Shown: positions 1-10,413 of the stretch, piece by piece | Numbering within the stretch: position 1 is the first letter of the stretch | Layout: every line of letters begins with the position of its first letter | Source of the DNA: Ignavibacteriales bacterium | GTDB taxonomy: Bacteria; Bacteroidota; Ignavibacteria; UBA10030; UBA6906 | Assembly (NCBI GenBank): GCA_037441705.1 | Contig: JBBIRR010000008.1 | Span: 23,925 to 87,924 of the forward strand | Length of the DNA stretch: 64,000 nt | Direction of reading: 5' to 3' | Position numbers and translations under genes: made by a program | Notes under the pieces: model-generated | Database searches by the model: none | Told to the model about the DNA's origin: nothing | What the model saw: the letters and a program-made list of their open reading frames with translations, nothing else

Positions 1-966
1 TCGCTGGGCAAAGCTCTTGCGCTCTGGTTTGCCGTTGCGGTTATCCTCATGGCCACGATGGGAAGCGGCAACATGGCGCAATCGAATTCCATTGCCCTCG
101 CGCTGAACAGCGATTTCGGCGTCCCGTTCTTTGTAACGGGCATCGGCCTGGCACTTCTTGTCGGTCTCGTCATCATCGGTGGAGTGAAACGCATTGCAGC
201 AGTTACCGAGCGCTTGGTGCCGGGCATGATCGTGCTCTACATGGGTGCCGGCATCTATGTCATCCTTACCAATCTCCTGATCGTTCCCGATATCCTGATG
301 GTGGTGTTGCAATCCGCTCTGACCAATGAAGCGATCGTCGGCGGCTTCCTCGGGCATACCGTCAAAGAGGCAATCCGATTCGGCGTGGCGCGAGGAACGC
401 TCTCGAACGAATCCGGCATCGGTTCCTGCTCCATTCCTGCGGCCGCAGCCAAGGGCAACGAGGCTGCTGCCCAGGGCATGGTTGCCATGATGGGAACGTT
501 CATTGATACGATCATCGTCTGCAGCATGACGACGTTCGTTATCCTTGCCTCGAATTTGCATCCGCACACGACGGGACTCACGAGTACACAACTCACGAAG
601 TCTGCCTTTGCTGTCGGCTTGGGAACTGACTTTGGAGGGTGGATCGTCAGCCTGAGCAGCTTCCTGTTCGGCTACACAACACTCATCGGTTGGTCGTACT
701 ACGGCGAGCAGGGGGCGAAATATCTGTGGGGTGTGAAGAGCGTGATGCCCTATCGCTATCTCTTCTGTGTGTTTGTCTTTCTCGGGGCGATCCTCCAAGG
801 GAGGCATCTACAGATTGTGTGGAACTTCGGAGACATCGGGAACGCACTGATGGCTATTCCCAATCTCATCGGATTGATCTTGCTCGGCAAGGTTGTGAGG
901 GATGTAACAGATGATTATCTGAACCGATGGGACAATCAGCAGATCACAAGACCCTTCGGAGATTGA
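1..966 (+). CDS. Alanine/glycine:cation symporter (AGCS family), 5'-truncated by window edge
   Basis: Frame open from base 1; motifs GNMAQSNS, GGVKRIA, GVARGTLSNESGIGS, FIDTIIVC, GWSYYGE, LMAIPNLIG. Confidence 0.92.
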   Translation, partial: SLGKALALWFAVAVILMATMGSGNMAQSNSIALALNSDFGVPFFVTGIGLALLVGLVIIGGVKRIAAVTERLVPGMIVLYMGAGIYVILTNLLIVPDILMVVLQSALTNEAIVGGFLGHTVKEAIRFGVARGTLSNESGIGSCSIPAAAAKGNEAAAQGMVAMMGTFIDTIIVCSMTTFVILASNLHPHTTGLTSTQLTKSAFAVGLGTDFGGWIVSLSSFLFGYTTLIGWSYYGEQGAKYLWGVKSVMPYRYLFCVFVFLGAILQGRHLQIVWNFGDIGNALMAIPNLIGLILLGKVVRDVTDDYLNRWDNQQITRPFGD

Positions 967-1002
967 AGGCCTCAGCGGACGAATCCTCCATCAGGAGTCT
1001 TC

Positions 1003-1110
1003 TCACGGACTCCGATCTTTGTGCTTGAGAATCCTGGCGAAGCAGAATACCGTCAGCGCGGTGACGCCCAGCCACGTTGCGAGCATAAGAATGACTGCGC
1101 CTGCACTCAT
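1003..1110 (-). CDS. 35-aa single-TM micro-protein, putative MetS-like small subunit of the NSS transporter
   Basis: MSAGAVILMLATWLGVTALTVFCFARILKHKDRSP; its ATG overlaps the upstream stop (ATGA at 1110-1107); one hydrophobic helix plus basic tail. Confidence 0.6.
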   Translation of the reverse strand: MSAGAVILMLATWLGVTALTVFCFARILKHKDRSP

Positions 1111-2969
1111 GCGAACTCCTCCGGATCGTTCTTGCGTTTTCTCCAGACCACGGCAATCATCGCTGTAAACGCGGCGAAGAACCCGATGATGATGATGCGT
1201 GCCAGCCAGATGTACGACGAGCGATCGAGAGCCTCGATGGCGATCGTGATTGCCACATCTTTCTTTTCGACGTTTCCCTGCGGGTTCTTCTCTTCGTAGC
1301 GAAGCCCCATCAGCTCGAGCCATCGTTGTAGCTTTTCGGCAGTCAATGCGCGTTCGAGGGATGGATCGGCCGCATAGTTGGTTACGGTTATCGTTCCGTC
1401 ATGTCCCAACCGCACCCCGGCCCATGCCTTGAGGTCGCGGCCGCTTGCCTGGACGGCGCGTCGGATTTCCTCTTCGATTGCTTGAACTGAAGAACTCCCC
1501 CCTGTGACGAACTTTCCCGGATAGAGGTGGCGGTCAACAACATTCCAGTTGATTTTTGGAGTGGGGGAAAGGTTCGCCTGAAGCGCCCAGGCAAGGAATA
1601 TGCTGATCAGTCCAAGTGGCGTGATGTACTTCAGGATGAACATGAACAACCGCGGAACGCGGATGAGGGCTCCGTCGTGAAGTTCTTCCCACCCTTTCGA
1701 CGTTCCCAGTACCCACGAAAAGAGAACAACCTCGACAATTGCCAGTGCAACCAGCCCGATCGTTCCTGCCCAGAAATCAAACTCGTCCAGCACGCCATAC
1801 TTGTAAAAGAAAATCACCGGCAGCGATCCCAGTATCCACAACAAACCGAGGATGGTTGCCGAAACACCGCGGCTCAACTTCGCTTCATCCTGAAGGAACG
1901 CCATCACCGGCTGAGCGATGGCGACCGAGCTGGTGAACGCGGCGAAGAACAGAAGCAGAAACCAGATTGTTCCGAAGAACGGCAGGCCCGGCGTCGAGCG
2001 AAGAATCTCCGGCATCGAAACCATCCCGATCGAAAATGTCCCGCTGCCGGCGATGGCTTCGATCTGACCGGGACCGAAGAAAATTGCGGCAGCCGGGATG
2101 GCAATCATGCTACCAAAAATAATCTCGACAAACTCGTTTGTGGATGCGGTGGTGAGGGAGGTGAGTGCAATGTCCTGCTTCGAGCGAACGTAGCTTGCGA
2201 AGCACTCCAACGCGCCGAAGCCAACACCCAGCGTGAAGAAAATCTGTCCCGCCGCTGCAATCCAGACTTGAGGATTGGTGAGGGCGCTGAAGTTCGGGGT
2301 CCAGAGGTACGCCAGACCGTCGAGCGCCGTTCCTTCGATCTTGCCAAGCGTGAGCACACGAACGGCGAGCGCCACGCAGAAAATCAACAGCAGCGGGATG
2401 GCAATCTTGGCGAGTCGCTCGATTCCCTTCATGATGCCCTGCGAGAGTATCCACACGTTCAGCAGCACGACGATGAGAAGGAAGCCCAGCGCAGGCATGA
2501 CTCCGGAGAAGTAGGAGCTTGAGGTCGCATCGCCGAGATACTCGCGCAGGAACACCGACAGATCCACCGTATACCCCGGAGCGTTTGTGTATCCTGCGGT
2601 GAGCGAGAAATAGGCGTAGGCAAGACACCACGATTCGATGTATGTGTAGTAGAGACAAAACACCACCGGAATGGCAAGGCCTAACACGCCCAGATATTTC
2701 GAGGCAGGCTTTTTCCAGATAACGTCGAACATGCCGGGCAGGCTGCTGTGTCCGAACCTGCCGCCGTATCGGCCGACGGCCCACGCCACCCACATCAACG
2801 GAAGTCCGAACAGCAGAAGCGAGACAAGATAGGGAATGATGAACGCACCGCCGCCGTTTTGTGCGGCCTGTGCAGGGAATCGAAGAAGATTGCCGATGCC
2901 GATAGCGTTGCCGGCCGCAGCGAGAATCAGCCCGATCCGTGAACCCCATGCTTCGCGAGTTGTTGCCAT
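1107..2969 (-). CDS. Sodium-dependent transporter, NSS/SNF (LeuT-like) family
   Basis: REAWGSRIGLILAAAGNAIGIGNLLRFP, GGGAFIIPY, WIAAAGQIFFTL motifs; many TM helices. Confidence 0.95.
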   Translation of the reverse strand: MATTREAWGSRIGLILAAAGNAIGIGNLLRFPAQAAQNGGGAFIIPYLVSLLLFGLPLMWVAWAVGRYGGRFGHSSLPGMFDVIWKKPASKYLGVLGLAIPVVFCLYYTYIESWCLAYAYFSLTAGYTNAPGYTVDLSVFLREYLGDATSSSYFSGVMPALGFLLIVVLLNVWILSQGIMKGIERLAKIAIPLLLIFCVALAVRVLTLGKIEGTALDGLAYLWTPNFSALTNPQVWIAAAGQIFFTLGVGFGALECFASYVRSKQDIALTSLTTASTNEFVEIIFGSMIAIPAAAIFFGPGQIEAIAGSGTFSIGMVSMPEILRSTPGLPFFGTIWFLLLFFAAFTSSVAIAQPVMAFLQDEAKLSRGVSATILGLLWILGSLPVIFFYKYGVLDEFDFWAGTIGLVALAIVEVVLFSWVLGTSKGWEELHDGALIRVPRLFMFILKYITPLGLISIFLAWALQANLSPTPKINWNVVDRHLYPGKFVTGGSSSVQAIEEEIRRAVQASGRDLKAWAGVRLGHDGTITVTNYAADPSLERALTAEKLQRWLELMGLRYEEKNPQGNVEKKDVAITIAIEALDRSSYIWLARIIIIGFFAAFTAMIAVVWRKRKNDPEEFA

Positions 2970-3183
2970 AGAAAAGCGTCTGCTTGTCGGTTAATGCGGT
3001 TTGGTTTGGATGAAGCGGCGAGCGGCGGGTTGGTTGCTCGCCGCACGAGTGTGAACATAGCGAATTGAAACAGAAGATTCAAGAATTCCAGAACCAGCAT
3101 CCTCAATCCAGCCTCCCTGAATTGCATCTCACACAGTTGTTGGATAGATTTTACGCCGACATTATCAAACAAATTGGTTGGAT

Positions 3184-4149
3184 ATGAAGAAGATTGGCGT
3201 TTTCACCAGCGGAGGCGATGCGCCGGGGATGAATGCCTGCGTGCGCGCCGTCGTCCGCTGCGGGATTTACAACGGCCTGGAGGTTGTCGGGATTCAATAC
3301 GGCTATGAGGGGATGATCAAAGGAATGTTTGTTGACCTTCAGGCGCGCTCGGTGTCCAACATCATCCAGCGCGGCGGAACGATCTTGCGCACGGCGCGGT
3401 CGGAGCAGTTCAAGACGAAGGAGGGACGCGCACAAGCAGCGGCGAACCTGAAATCCGCCGGTATTGATGGCCTCGTGGCTATCGGCGGTGATGGAACATT
3501 CCAGGGCGCAACGTACCTCATCGAAGAACATCACATTCCCGTCATCGGTGTGCCGGGCACGATTGATAACGATCTGTTTGGCACGGACTACACGATCGGC
3601 TACGATACGGCTGTCAATACGGCGATGGAAGCGATAGACAAAATTCGTGACACTGCCGCCTCGCACGACCGGTTGTTCTACGTCGAGGTGATGGGGCGCG
3701 ACGCGGGCTTCATCGCACTCGATGTCGGCATTTCTTCAGGTTCCGAGCACATTGCCATTCCTGAAACACACACCAACATCCAGGACCTGAAAGAAGCGCT
3801 CATGGCTTCGAAGGCACACAAGTCCAGCGCCATCATCATTGTCGCCGAAGGCGAGGAGTCGGGAGGCGCGCTGAGCCTTGCCGAGAAGATCAAAGATGCG
3901 GCAGGCTATGACTACCGCATCTGCGTGTTGGGGCACATTCAGCGGGGCGGAAGTCCCACTGCGCGTGACCGCCTGCTTGCGAGCCGTCTCGGCGTTGCCG
4001 CGGTGGATGCGTTGCTCGAAGGACAATCCGGCGTCATGGTCGGCGAGATTCACGGAAAGATTGCATTCACCCCGCTCAAAGATGCCTGGACAAAACGCAA
4101 GACAATCGATAACGATCTGTGGCGTCTGGCGAATATTCTGGCAACGTGA
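3184..4149 (+). CDS. pfkA: ATP-dependent 6-phosphofructokinase
   Basis: TSGGDAPGMNA, IGGDGT, PGTIDND, EVMGR, LGHIQRGG motifs. Confidence 0.97.
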   Translation: MKKIGVFTSGGDAPGMNACVRAVVRCGIYNGLEVVGIQYGYEGMIKGMFVDLQARSVSNIIQRGGTILRTARSEQFKTKEGRAQAAANLKSAGIDGLVAIGGDGTFQGATYLIEEHHIPVIGVPGTIDNDLFGTDYTIGYDTAVNTAMEAIDKIRDTAASHDRLFYVEVMGRDAGFIALDVGISSGSEHIAIPETHTNIQDLKEALMASKAHKSSAIIIVAEGEESGGALSLAEKIKDAAGYDYRICVLGHIQRGGSPTARDRLLASRLGVAAVDALLEGQSGVMVGEIHGKIAFTPLKDAWTKRKTIDNDLWRLANILAT

Positions 4150-4298
4150 GTATGATGTGTGAGCAGCGCGGCCGGGCGCGGTTGCTTCGCCTCTGCGAAG
4201 GCTTTTGGATACGATTTTGGATGTTCTCCTCGTTACTCCTTTTCCAAGGAAAAATAGCAACCCGAGCGTTGCGGTCTTTGATCGTGCTGCAAACATCT

Positions 4299-4378
4299 GT
4301 CATTCTGAGCGAAGCGAAGAATCCAGATCTTGGCTCGGCTCTGGATTCTCGGTCGTTAGCAGGCGGCCTCAGAATGAC
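4299..4378. repeat. Intergenic nested palindromic REP/MITE-like element
   Basis: Outer inverted repeat GTCATTCTGAG (4299-4309)/CTCAGAATGAC (4368-4378); inner GAATCCAGA (4319-4327)/TCTGGATTC (4340-4348); GAGCGAAGCGAAG core. Confidence 0.75.
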
Positions 4379-4576
4379 GGACCGCCTGAGGGTTTGGGTT
4401 CTGCTGCGACGATTGAGCTGCGTGCGTTAGGCGCCCGGAGGGTGGTGCCGTTGTTTGGCGCCAGTGCCGCCACGATGTGTGTGGCGGCACGGGAGCGAAG
4501 CGTACCCCGTAGGGCGCCGACGGCGCTGCGAAGCGCTTAGCGCCGGAACGCCCATAATTTTTGTGATTGGGAAGCT

Positions 4577-4605
4577 TTGCCTGATAGGCTGAGATGTTGT
4601 ATATT
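4577..4605 (+). promoter_or_regulatory. Sigma70-type promoter for the carB operon
   Basis: TTGCCT-17 bp-TATATT about 30 bp upstream of the TTG start. Confidence 0.55.
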
Positions 4606-4635
4606 GAAACCCAATGAAACTTCGGGGAACTGTTC

Positions 4636-6114
4636 TTGCCGAAACGTACCGACCTTAGTTCAATCCTTGTCATAGGCGCCGGGCCGATTGTTATCGGGCA
4701 GGCGTGCGAGTTTGATTATTCGGGAACGCAGGCTTGCAAGGTGCTGCGCGAAGAGGGCTATCGCGTCATCCTCATCAACAGCAATCCGGCCACGATCATG
4801 ACCGACCCGGAGCTTGCCGACCGAACGTACATCGAACCCATCACCCCATATTTTGTCGAGCGCATCATCGAGCGCGAGCGCCCGGATGCCCTGCTGCCGA
4901 CGATGGGCGGGCAAACGGCGCTCAATACCGCCGTTGCCCTTGCCCGCAATGGAACCCTTGCGCGGTACAACGTCGAACTGATCGGCGCGAAGCTCGAGGC
5001 GATTGAGAAGGCGGAAGACCGCGAGCTGTTCAAGAAAACGATGGGTGAAGCGGGGCTTGAAACTCCCCGCGGCGGTTTCGTCCGGACCATTGAAGAGGCA
5101 TTGAAGCTTGCAGGCTTCATCGGGTTTCCCATCATTATTCGCCCTTCCTTCACGCTCGGTGGCACCGGCGGAGGCATCGCCGAAAACGCCGATGAGTTCG
5201 TCGAGAAGGTAACGCACGGACTTGAATCAAGTCCCATTCACGAGGTGCTGTTGGAAGAGTCCGTGTTAGGATGGAAGGAATATGAGCTTGAGGTGATGCG
5301 CGACTTGCGTGACAATGTCGTCATCATCTGCTCCATCGAAAACTTCGATCCGATGGGTGTACACACGGGTGACTCGATCACGGTCGCGCCGCAGCAGACG
5401 CTCACCGACAAGGAATACGAAGCGATGCGCGACGACGCGCTGAAAATCATCCGCGCGATCGGCGTGGAGACGGGCGGCTCGAACATTCAATTCGCCGTCA
5501 ATCCGAACAACGGGCGCCGCCTGGTGATTGAAATGAATCCACGCGTCTCCCGTTCGTCGGCACTTGCATCGAAAGCCACCGGCTTCCCGATTGCCAAGAT
5601 CGCAGCGAAACTTGCTATCGGCTACACGCTGGATGAAATCCCCAACGACATCACGAAACTGACGCCGGCGTCGTTCGAGCCAACGATCGACTACACCGTC
5701 GTGAAGATTCCGCGCTGGGACTTCGAGAAGTTCAAGGGCGTTGATGGCATGCTCGGCATTCAGATGAAGTCCGTGGGTGAAGCGATGGCGTTCGGCAGGA
5801 CGTTCAAGGAGGCGCTGCAGAAAGCGCTGCGCTCACTGGAACAGGGACGCTACGGTCTCGGTGCCGACGGCAAGGACCTCTTCGACATTGACCATCTTTC
5901 CGACGAGCAGAAACAGCGGTGGCGCGAACGTGTTCGCCAACAGCTCTCGCGGCCGCGGCCCGAAAACATCTTTTACCTTCGCTACGGTTTCCAGCTCGGG
6001 ATGACCATTGACGAGTTGCACGCTATCACCAAGATTGATCCGTGGTTTCTTTACAACATCAAACAAATCGTTGATCTGGAAGAAGAGTTGAAGACGTATG
6101 ACATCGAGGCGTGA
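4636..6114 (+). CDS. carB: Carbamoyl-phosphate synthase large subunit, N-terminal part (carboxyphosphate domain plus start of oligomerisation domain)
   Basis: [49 protein letters not shown]; ends [26 protein letters not shown]. Confidence 0.95.
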   Translation: MPKRTDLSSILVIGAGPIVIGQACEFDYSGTQACKVLREEGYRVILINSNPATIMTDPELADRTYIEPITPYFVERIIERERPDALLPTMGGQTALNTAVALARNGTLARYNVELIGAKLEAIEKAEDRELFKKTMGEAGLETPRGGFVRTIEEALKLAGFIGFPIIIRPSFTLGGTGGGIAENADEFVEKVTHGLESSPIHEVLLEESVLGWKEYELEVMRDLRDNVVIICSIENFDPMGVHTGDSITVAPQQTLTDKEYEAMRDDALKIIRAIGVETGGSNIQFAVNPNNGRRLVIEMNPRVSRSSALASKATGFPIAKIAAKLAIGYTLDEIPNDITKLTPASFEPTIDYTVVKIPRWDFEKFKGVDGMLGIQMKSVGEAMAFGRTFKEALQKALRSLEQGRYGLGADGKDLFDIDHLSDEQKQRWRERVRQQLSRPRPENIFYLRYGFQLGMTIDELHAITKIDPWFLYNIKQIVDLEEELKTYDIEA

Positions 6115-6595
6115 AGGAAGGATCCGAGCGGGAGTTCTCTCGATCGCTGTATTTGTAACTTCGCTGCAGGGGCAGACTATACCCGCGGATAAGGCGGAGC
6201 TTGAGTCGGGAGCCGGAGCGGGAATGGCAAAGTACGCCGAACTGAACAGCTACCCCGGTCCCAAGCATGTCCTTGAATTGCAGGATTCGCTTCGCCTCAC
6301 AGCGGAACAGAAACGAGCGATCGAACTCATCTTTGATCACATGAAGGCTGAAGCGGTGGCGAAGGGGAGGCTTATTGTGCGGAAAGAGGAAGAGCTGGAG
6401 GCGTTGTTCCGGAGCCGCCGCGCCACGGAAAAGGAAGTGGAAAGGAAGTCCCGCGAAATCGGCGCCCTGCGCGGAGAGCTGCGGGCAATTCACCTTCGTG
6501 CACACATCAAGGCGCACGCGATACTTTCCGCCGAGCAAATCAAGCGATACAACACGATTCGCTATGGGTTGAATCAACCGGGGCACACGCATTGA
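6098..6595 (+). CDS. Exported helical protein, Spy/CpxP/periplasmic metal-sensor-like
   Basis: Signal-peptide-like N-terminus; [26 protein letters not shown] and ILSAEQ (LTxxQ) motifs; overlaps both carB halves. Confidence 0.75.
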   Translation: MTSRREGRIRAGVLSIAVFVTSLQGQTIPADKAELESGAGAGMAKYAELNSYPGPKHVLELQDSLRLTAEQKRAIELIFDHMKAEAVAKGRLIVRKEEELEALFRSRRATEKEVERKSREIGALRGELRAIHLRAHIKAHAILSAEQIKRYNTIRYGLNQPGHTH

Positions 6596-8457
6596 AGAAA
6601 ATAACGGCAGACATACTCCTCAAAGCAAAACAATACGGGTTCTCCGATCGGCAGCTTGCGACGATCTGGAAAACGGATGAAGAGACGGTCAGGCGTTTGC
6701 GGAAGCGTTTCGGGGTGACGGCGGTGTTCAAGACCGTCGACACGTGCGCGGCAGAGTTTGCCGCACAGACGCCCTACCATTATTCCACCTATGAGATGGA
6801 AAATGAATCGGTGCGTTCTCCGAGAAAGAAGATCATCATTCTCGGCGGCGGGCCGAATCGTATCGGGCAGGGTATCGAGTTCGACTACTGCTGCGTGCAT
6901 GCCGTGATGGGTTTGCGTGAAGAGGGGTATGAAACCATCATGATCAATTGCAACCCCGAAACCGTCTCGACCGACTATGACACGACGGACAAGCTGTACT
7001 TCGAGCCTCTCACGTTGGAAGATGTGCTGAACATCTGCGAGCATGAACAGCCGGATGGGATTGTCGTCACGTTCGGAGGGCAGACGCCGTTGAAGATTGC
7101 CAAGGCTCTGGAGGATCATGGGTTCAGAATCATCGGCACATCGACTGAAGGCATCGATCTTGCTGAAGATCGGAAGCGGTTCGGGAAGCTTCTGGAATCG
7201 CTGCAGATTCCGTGTCCGCCGTGGGGCACCGCGTCAAATGTGGAAGAAGCGCTCGAGGTGACAAAAAAGATAGGCTACCCTGTGCTGGTTCGGCCGTCGT
7301 ACGTTCTTGGCGGGCGGGCAATGGAGATTTGCTACGGCGATGATGCGTTGCGGGAGTACATGGCAAAGGCCGTGAACGTTTCGCCCGAGCATCCCGTGCT
7401 CATTGACCGGTTCCTTGAGGATGCGTTCGAATTCGACGTTGATGCGGTTTGCGACGGCGAGGATGTGTACATCGGCGGAGTGATGCAGCACATCGAAGAA
7501 GCGGGTGTTCATTCCGGTGACAGCTCCTGCGTGCTGCCGCCGTATCAGGTGACGGCGCAGCAACTGCACACGCTCATGACGTACACACGCAAGCTTGCAC
7601 TTGCGCTGAACGTTGTGGGGCTGGTGAACGTGCAGTATGCGATGCAAGACGGCGTCGTGTATGTGCTGGAAGTGAACCCCCGCGCCTCGCGTACGGTGCC
7701 GTTCGTCAGCAAGGCGACGGGTGTGCCGCTTGCCAAGATTGCGGCAAAGCTTATGGTCGGCAGAAAGTTGAAGGAATTGGGAGTGAAGGGGTTCAGCTGG
7801 GCCAAGCACGTATCGGTAAAAGAATCCGTCTTTCCGTTCAACAAGTTTCCGACGGCACGTCACTTCCTCGGACCTGAGATGCGCTCGACCGGCGAGGTGA
7901 TGGGGATTGCCGACAGCTTCGGCGTTTCGTTCGCGAAGGCCTCGATTGCGGGAGGGATGCCGCTGCCGCAGTCGGGCACGGTGTTCGTGAGCTTGAATGA
8001 TAACGACAAACGCGAGCGTGCCGTGAACATCGTGCGCAGCTACGTCCGCCTGGGCTTCAATATCCTTGCTACAGAAGGGACGTCGCGCTTCCTGACCGAA
8101 CACGGCATTCCCAACCGTCCGGTGCTGAAAGCCGGCAACTGGACGTTGAACATCATCGACATCATCAAGAACGGCTGGGTACAGCTTATCATCCTCACGC
8201 CGTTGGGCCAGACCTCGCGCGCCGACGAGCACGCCATCGGCCAGACGGCGATGGAGTACAAAGTTCCCTTCATTACGACTCTTGCGGCTGCCGCCTCGGC
8301 CAGCAAGAGCATCGAGGAGATGCGGAAGAACCAACTTTCGGTGATGAGTGTGCAGGAGCATCATGAACTTGCGGCGCAGGGCGGCGAAGCACGCCCCGTG
8401 GAAACGCTCGAGGACTGCGAGCGGATGGTCGAGTATATCCGCTCTTTTCAGATGTAA
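6592..8457 (+). CDS. carB: Carbamoyl-phosphate synthase large subunit, C-terminal part (carbamate phosphorylation and MGS domains)
   Basis: Begins [23 protein letters not shown]; VDTCAAEF, GGPNRIGQGIEFDYCC, GVHSGDS, EVNPRASRTVPF, GPEMRSTGEVMG. Confidence 0.95.
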   Translation: MKKITADILLKAKQYGFSDRQLATIWKTDEETVRRLRKRFGVTAVFKTVDTCAAEFAAQTPYHYSTYEMENESVRSPRKKIIILGGGPNRIGQGIEFDYCCVHAVMGLREEGYETIMINCNPETVSTDYDTTDKLYFEPLTLEDVLNICEHEQPDGIVVTFGGQTPLKIAKALEDHGFRIIGTSTEGIDLAEDRKRFGKLLESLQIPCPPWGTASNVEEALEVTKKIGYPVLVRPSYVLGGRAMEICYGDDALREYMAKAVNVSPEHPVLIDRFLEDAFEFDVDAVCDGEDVYIGGVMQHIEEAGVHSGDSSCVLPPYQVTAQQLHTLMTYTRKLALALNVVGLVNVQYAMQDGVVYVLEVNPRASRTVPFVSKATGVPLAKIAAKLMVGRKLKELGVKGFSWAKHVSVKESVFPFNKFPTARHFLGPEMRSTGEVMGIADSFGVSFAKASIAGGMPLPQSGTVFVSLNDNDKRERAVNIVRSYVRLGFNILATEGTSRFLTEHGIPNRPVLKAGNWTLNIIDIIKNGWVQLIILTPLGQTSRADEHAIGQTAMEYKVPFITTLAAAASASKSIEEMRKNQLSVMSVQEHHELAAQGGEARPVETLEDCERMVEYIRSFQM

Positions 8458-8595
8458 CCTATCAGCCAAAACAGGGTCGGGCGGTGTGGCTTGTGACACA
8501 TCCCCCGAAAGCATTTTATATATCTTGGAACCCACTACGCTTTTGCTTATCATTGGGCAACAACAAACTCCTGGGACACTAACGACGGGATAGCT

Positions 8596-10413
8596 ATGTA
8601 CATTCTTGGCATATCATGCTACTACCACGATTCGGCAGCCGCGCTGATCAAAGACGGCAAAATTGTTGCGGCTGCGCAAGAAGAGCGGTTCACGCGCAAG
8701 AAGCATGATTTCAATTTTCCAACACATGCCATTGCCTATTGTTTGAAGGAAGGCGGCATCACGGCGAAAGACCTGAGCTACGTAGCCTTTTACGATAAGC
8801 CGCTGCTCAAGTTCGAGCGCTTACTCGAAACCTACATCGCGTACGCCCCCAGGGGTCTCAAGTCTTTCTTCATGGCGATGCCTCTGTGGCTGAAGGAGAA
8901 GCTGTGGATCCCCTCGATGATCGAGCGCGATCTGGGGTTTGAAGGGGAGATTCTCTTTCCCGAGCATCATGAGTCGCACGCCGCATCCGCGTTCTATCCC
9001 TCTCCGTTCCAGGAAGCGGCATTCCTGACGTTGGACGGCGTCGGGGAGTGGACCACGACGAGTTACGGCGTGGGCAAAGACAATATGATCCAGATTCACG
9101 GCGAGTTGAACTTCCCGCACTCGCTCGGCTTACTGTATTCGGCGTTTACCTATTTCACCGGCTTCAAAGTCAACTCCGCAGAGTACAAGGTGATGGGACT
9201 GGCGCCCTATGGCGAGCCAAAGTATGTGAAGCAGATTTACGATCATCTCCTTGATTTGAAGGAAGACGGATCGTTCAAGATGAACATGGAGTATTTCGAC
9301 TATTGCGCGGGCTTGACGATGACCAATGGGAAGTTTGCCGAGCTGTTCGGCGGCCCGCCGCGTCAGCCTGAAACGAAACTCACGCAGCGCGAGATGGATC
9401 TTGCACGCTCGGTGCAGGAGGTGACCGAGGAGATTATGCTGCGCCAGGCACGCCACGTCCACAAAGAGACGGGACAAAAATACCTCGTGCTTGCCGGCGG
9501 TGTAGCGCTCAACTGCGTGGGCAACGGGCGGCTCTTGCGCGAAGGGCCATTCGAGAAGTTGTGGATCCAGCCGGCGGCCGGCGATGCGGGCGGCGCGCTC
9601 GGCGCAGCACTGTACGTCTGGCATGCGTATCTGGGCAACCCCCGCAAGGCCAATCCGAACAAAGACGCGCAGATGGGCTCCTATCTGGGGCCGTCCTACT
9701 CCGACGAAGAGATCGAGCACTTCCTGCGGATGAACGAGATCGTGTATCAGAAAGTCTCGCCCGAGGATCTTCCGGAGATTGTCGCCGATCTGATTGCGCA
9801 GGAAAATGTCATCGGCTGGTTCCAGGGAAGGATGGAGTTTGGTCCACGCGCTCTCGGCAGCCGCAGCATCATTGGAGATGCGCGATCGCCCAAGATGCAA
9901 TCCATCATGAATCTGAAAATCAAGTTTCGCGAGTCGTTCCGGCCGTTCGCACCGTCGGTCTTACGCGAGAAAGTGTCGGATTACTTTGAGATGGACTGCG
10001 AAAGCCCCTACATGCTGTTGGTGGCACCCGTGCGCCAAGAGCGGCGCGTGAAGATGACGGAAGAGCAGGAGAAACTCTTCGGCATCGACAAACTGAACGT
10101 TCCGCGCTCGGACATTCCGGCCGTCACGCACGTGGATTACTCGGCGCGCATTCAAACGGTGGAACGCGAGGATCATCCGCTCTATTACGACATGATCAAT
10201 GCTTTCTACAAGAAAACGGGATGCGCCGTTATCATCAATACGTCGTTCAACGTGCGCGGCGAGCCCATCGTCTGCCGACCGATCGAGGCGTACAAATGCC
10301 TCATGCGAACAAACATGGATTATCTGGTGATGGGAAACTATATCATCGCCAAGACGGAACAGAAACCCCTCGAACAGGATATTGATTGGATGAAGGAGTT
10401 CGAACTTGACTAA
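8596..10413 (+). CDS. O-carbamoyltransferase (NodU/CmcH/TobZ/SxtI family)
   Basis: HDSAAALI..AAQEERFTRKKH, EHHESHAASAF, DGVGE, EYKVMGLAPYG, GRMEFGPRALG, RESFRPFAP, INTSFNVRGEPIV. Confidence 0.95.
   Translation: MYILGISCYYHDSAAALIKDGKIVAAAQEERFTRKKHDFNFPTHAIAYCLKEGGITAKDLSYVAFYDKPLLKFERLLETYIAYAPRGLKSFFMAMPLWLKEKLWIPSMIERDLGFEGEILFPEHHESHAASAFYPSPFQEAAFLTLDGVGEWTTTSYGVGKDNMIQIHGELNFPHSLGLLYSAFTYFTGFKVNSAEYKVMGLAPYGEPKYVKQIYDHLLDLKEDGSFKMNMEYFDYCAGLTMTNGKFAELFGGPPRQPETKLTQREMDLARSVQEVTEEIMLRQARHVHKETGQKYLVLAGGVALNCVGNGRLLREGPFEKLWIQPAAGDAGGALGAALYVWHAYLGNPRKANPNKDAQMGSYLGPSYSDEEIEHFLRMNEIVYQKVSPEDLPEIVADLIAQENVIGWFQGRMEFGPRALGSRSIIGDARSPKMQSIMNLKIKFRESFRPFAPSVLREKVSDYFEMDCESPYMLLVAPVRQERRVKMTEEQEKLFGIDKLNVPRSDIPAVTHVDYSARIQTVEREDHPLYYDMINAFYKKTGCAVIINTSFNVRGEPIVCRPIEAYKCLMRTNMDYLVMGNYIIAKTEQKPLEQDIDWMKEFELD

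Noticed and set aside
6115-6591. Intein, intron or IS element interrupting carB
   Set aside because: There is a stop in the carB frame, and no intein termini, group I/II motifs, terminal repeats or transposase; the insert is an ordinary exported-protein gene
7234-8553. 439-aa minus-strand ORF
   Set aside because: Antisense shadow of carB with no recognisable motifs
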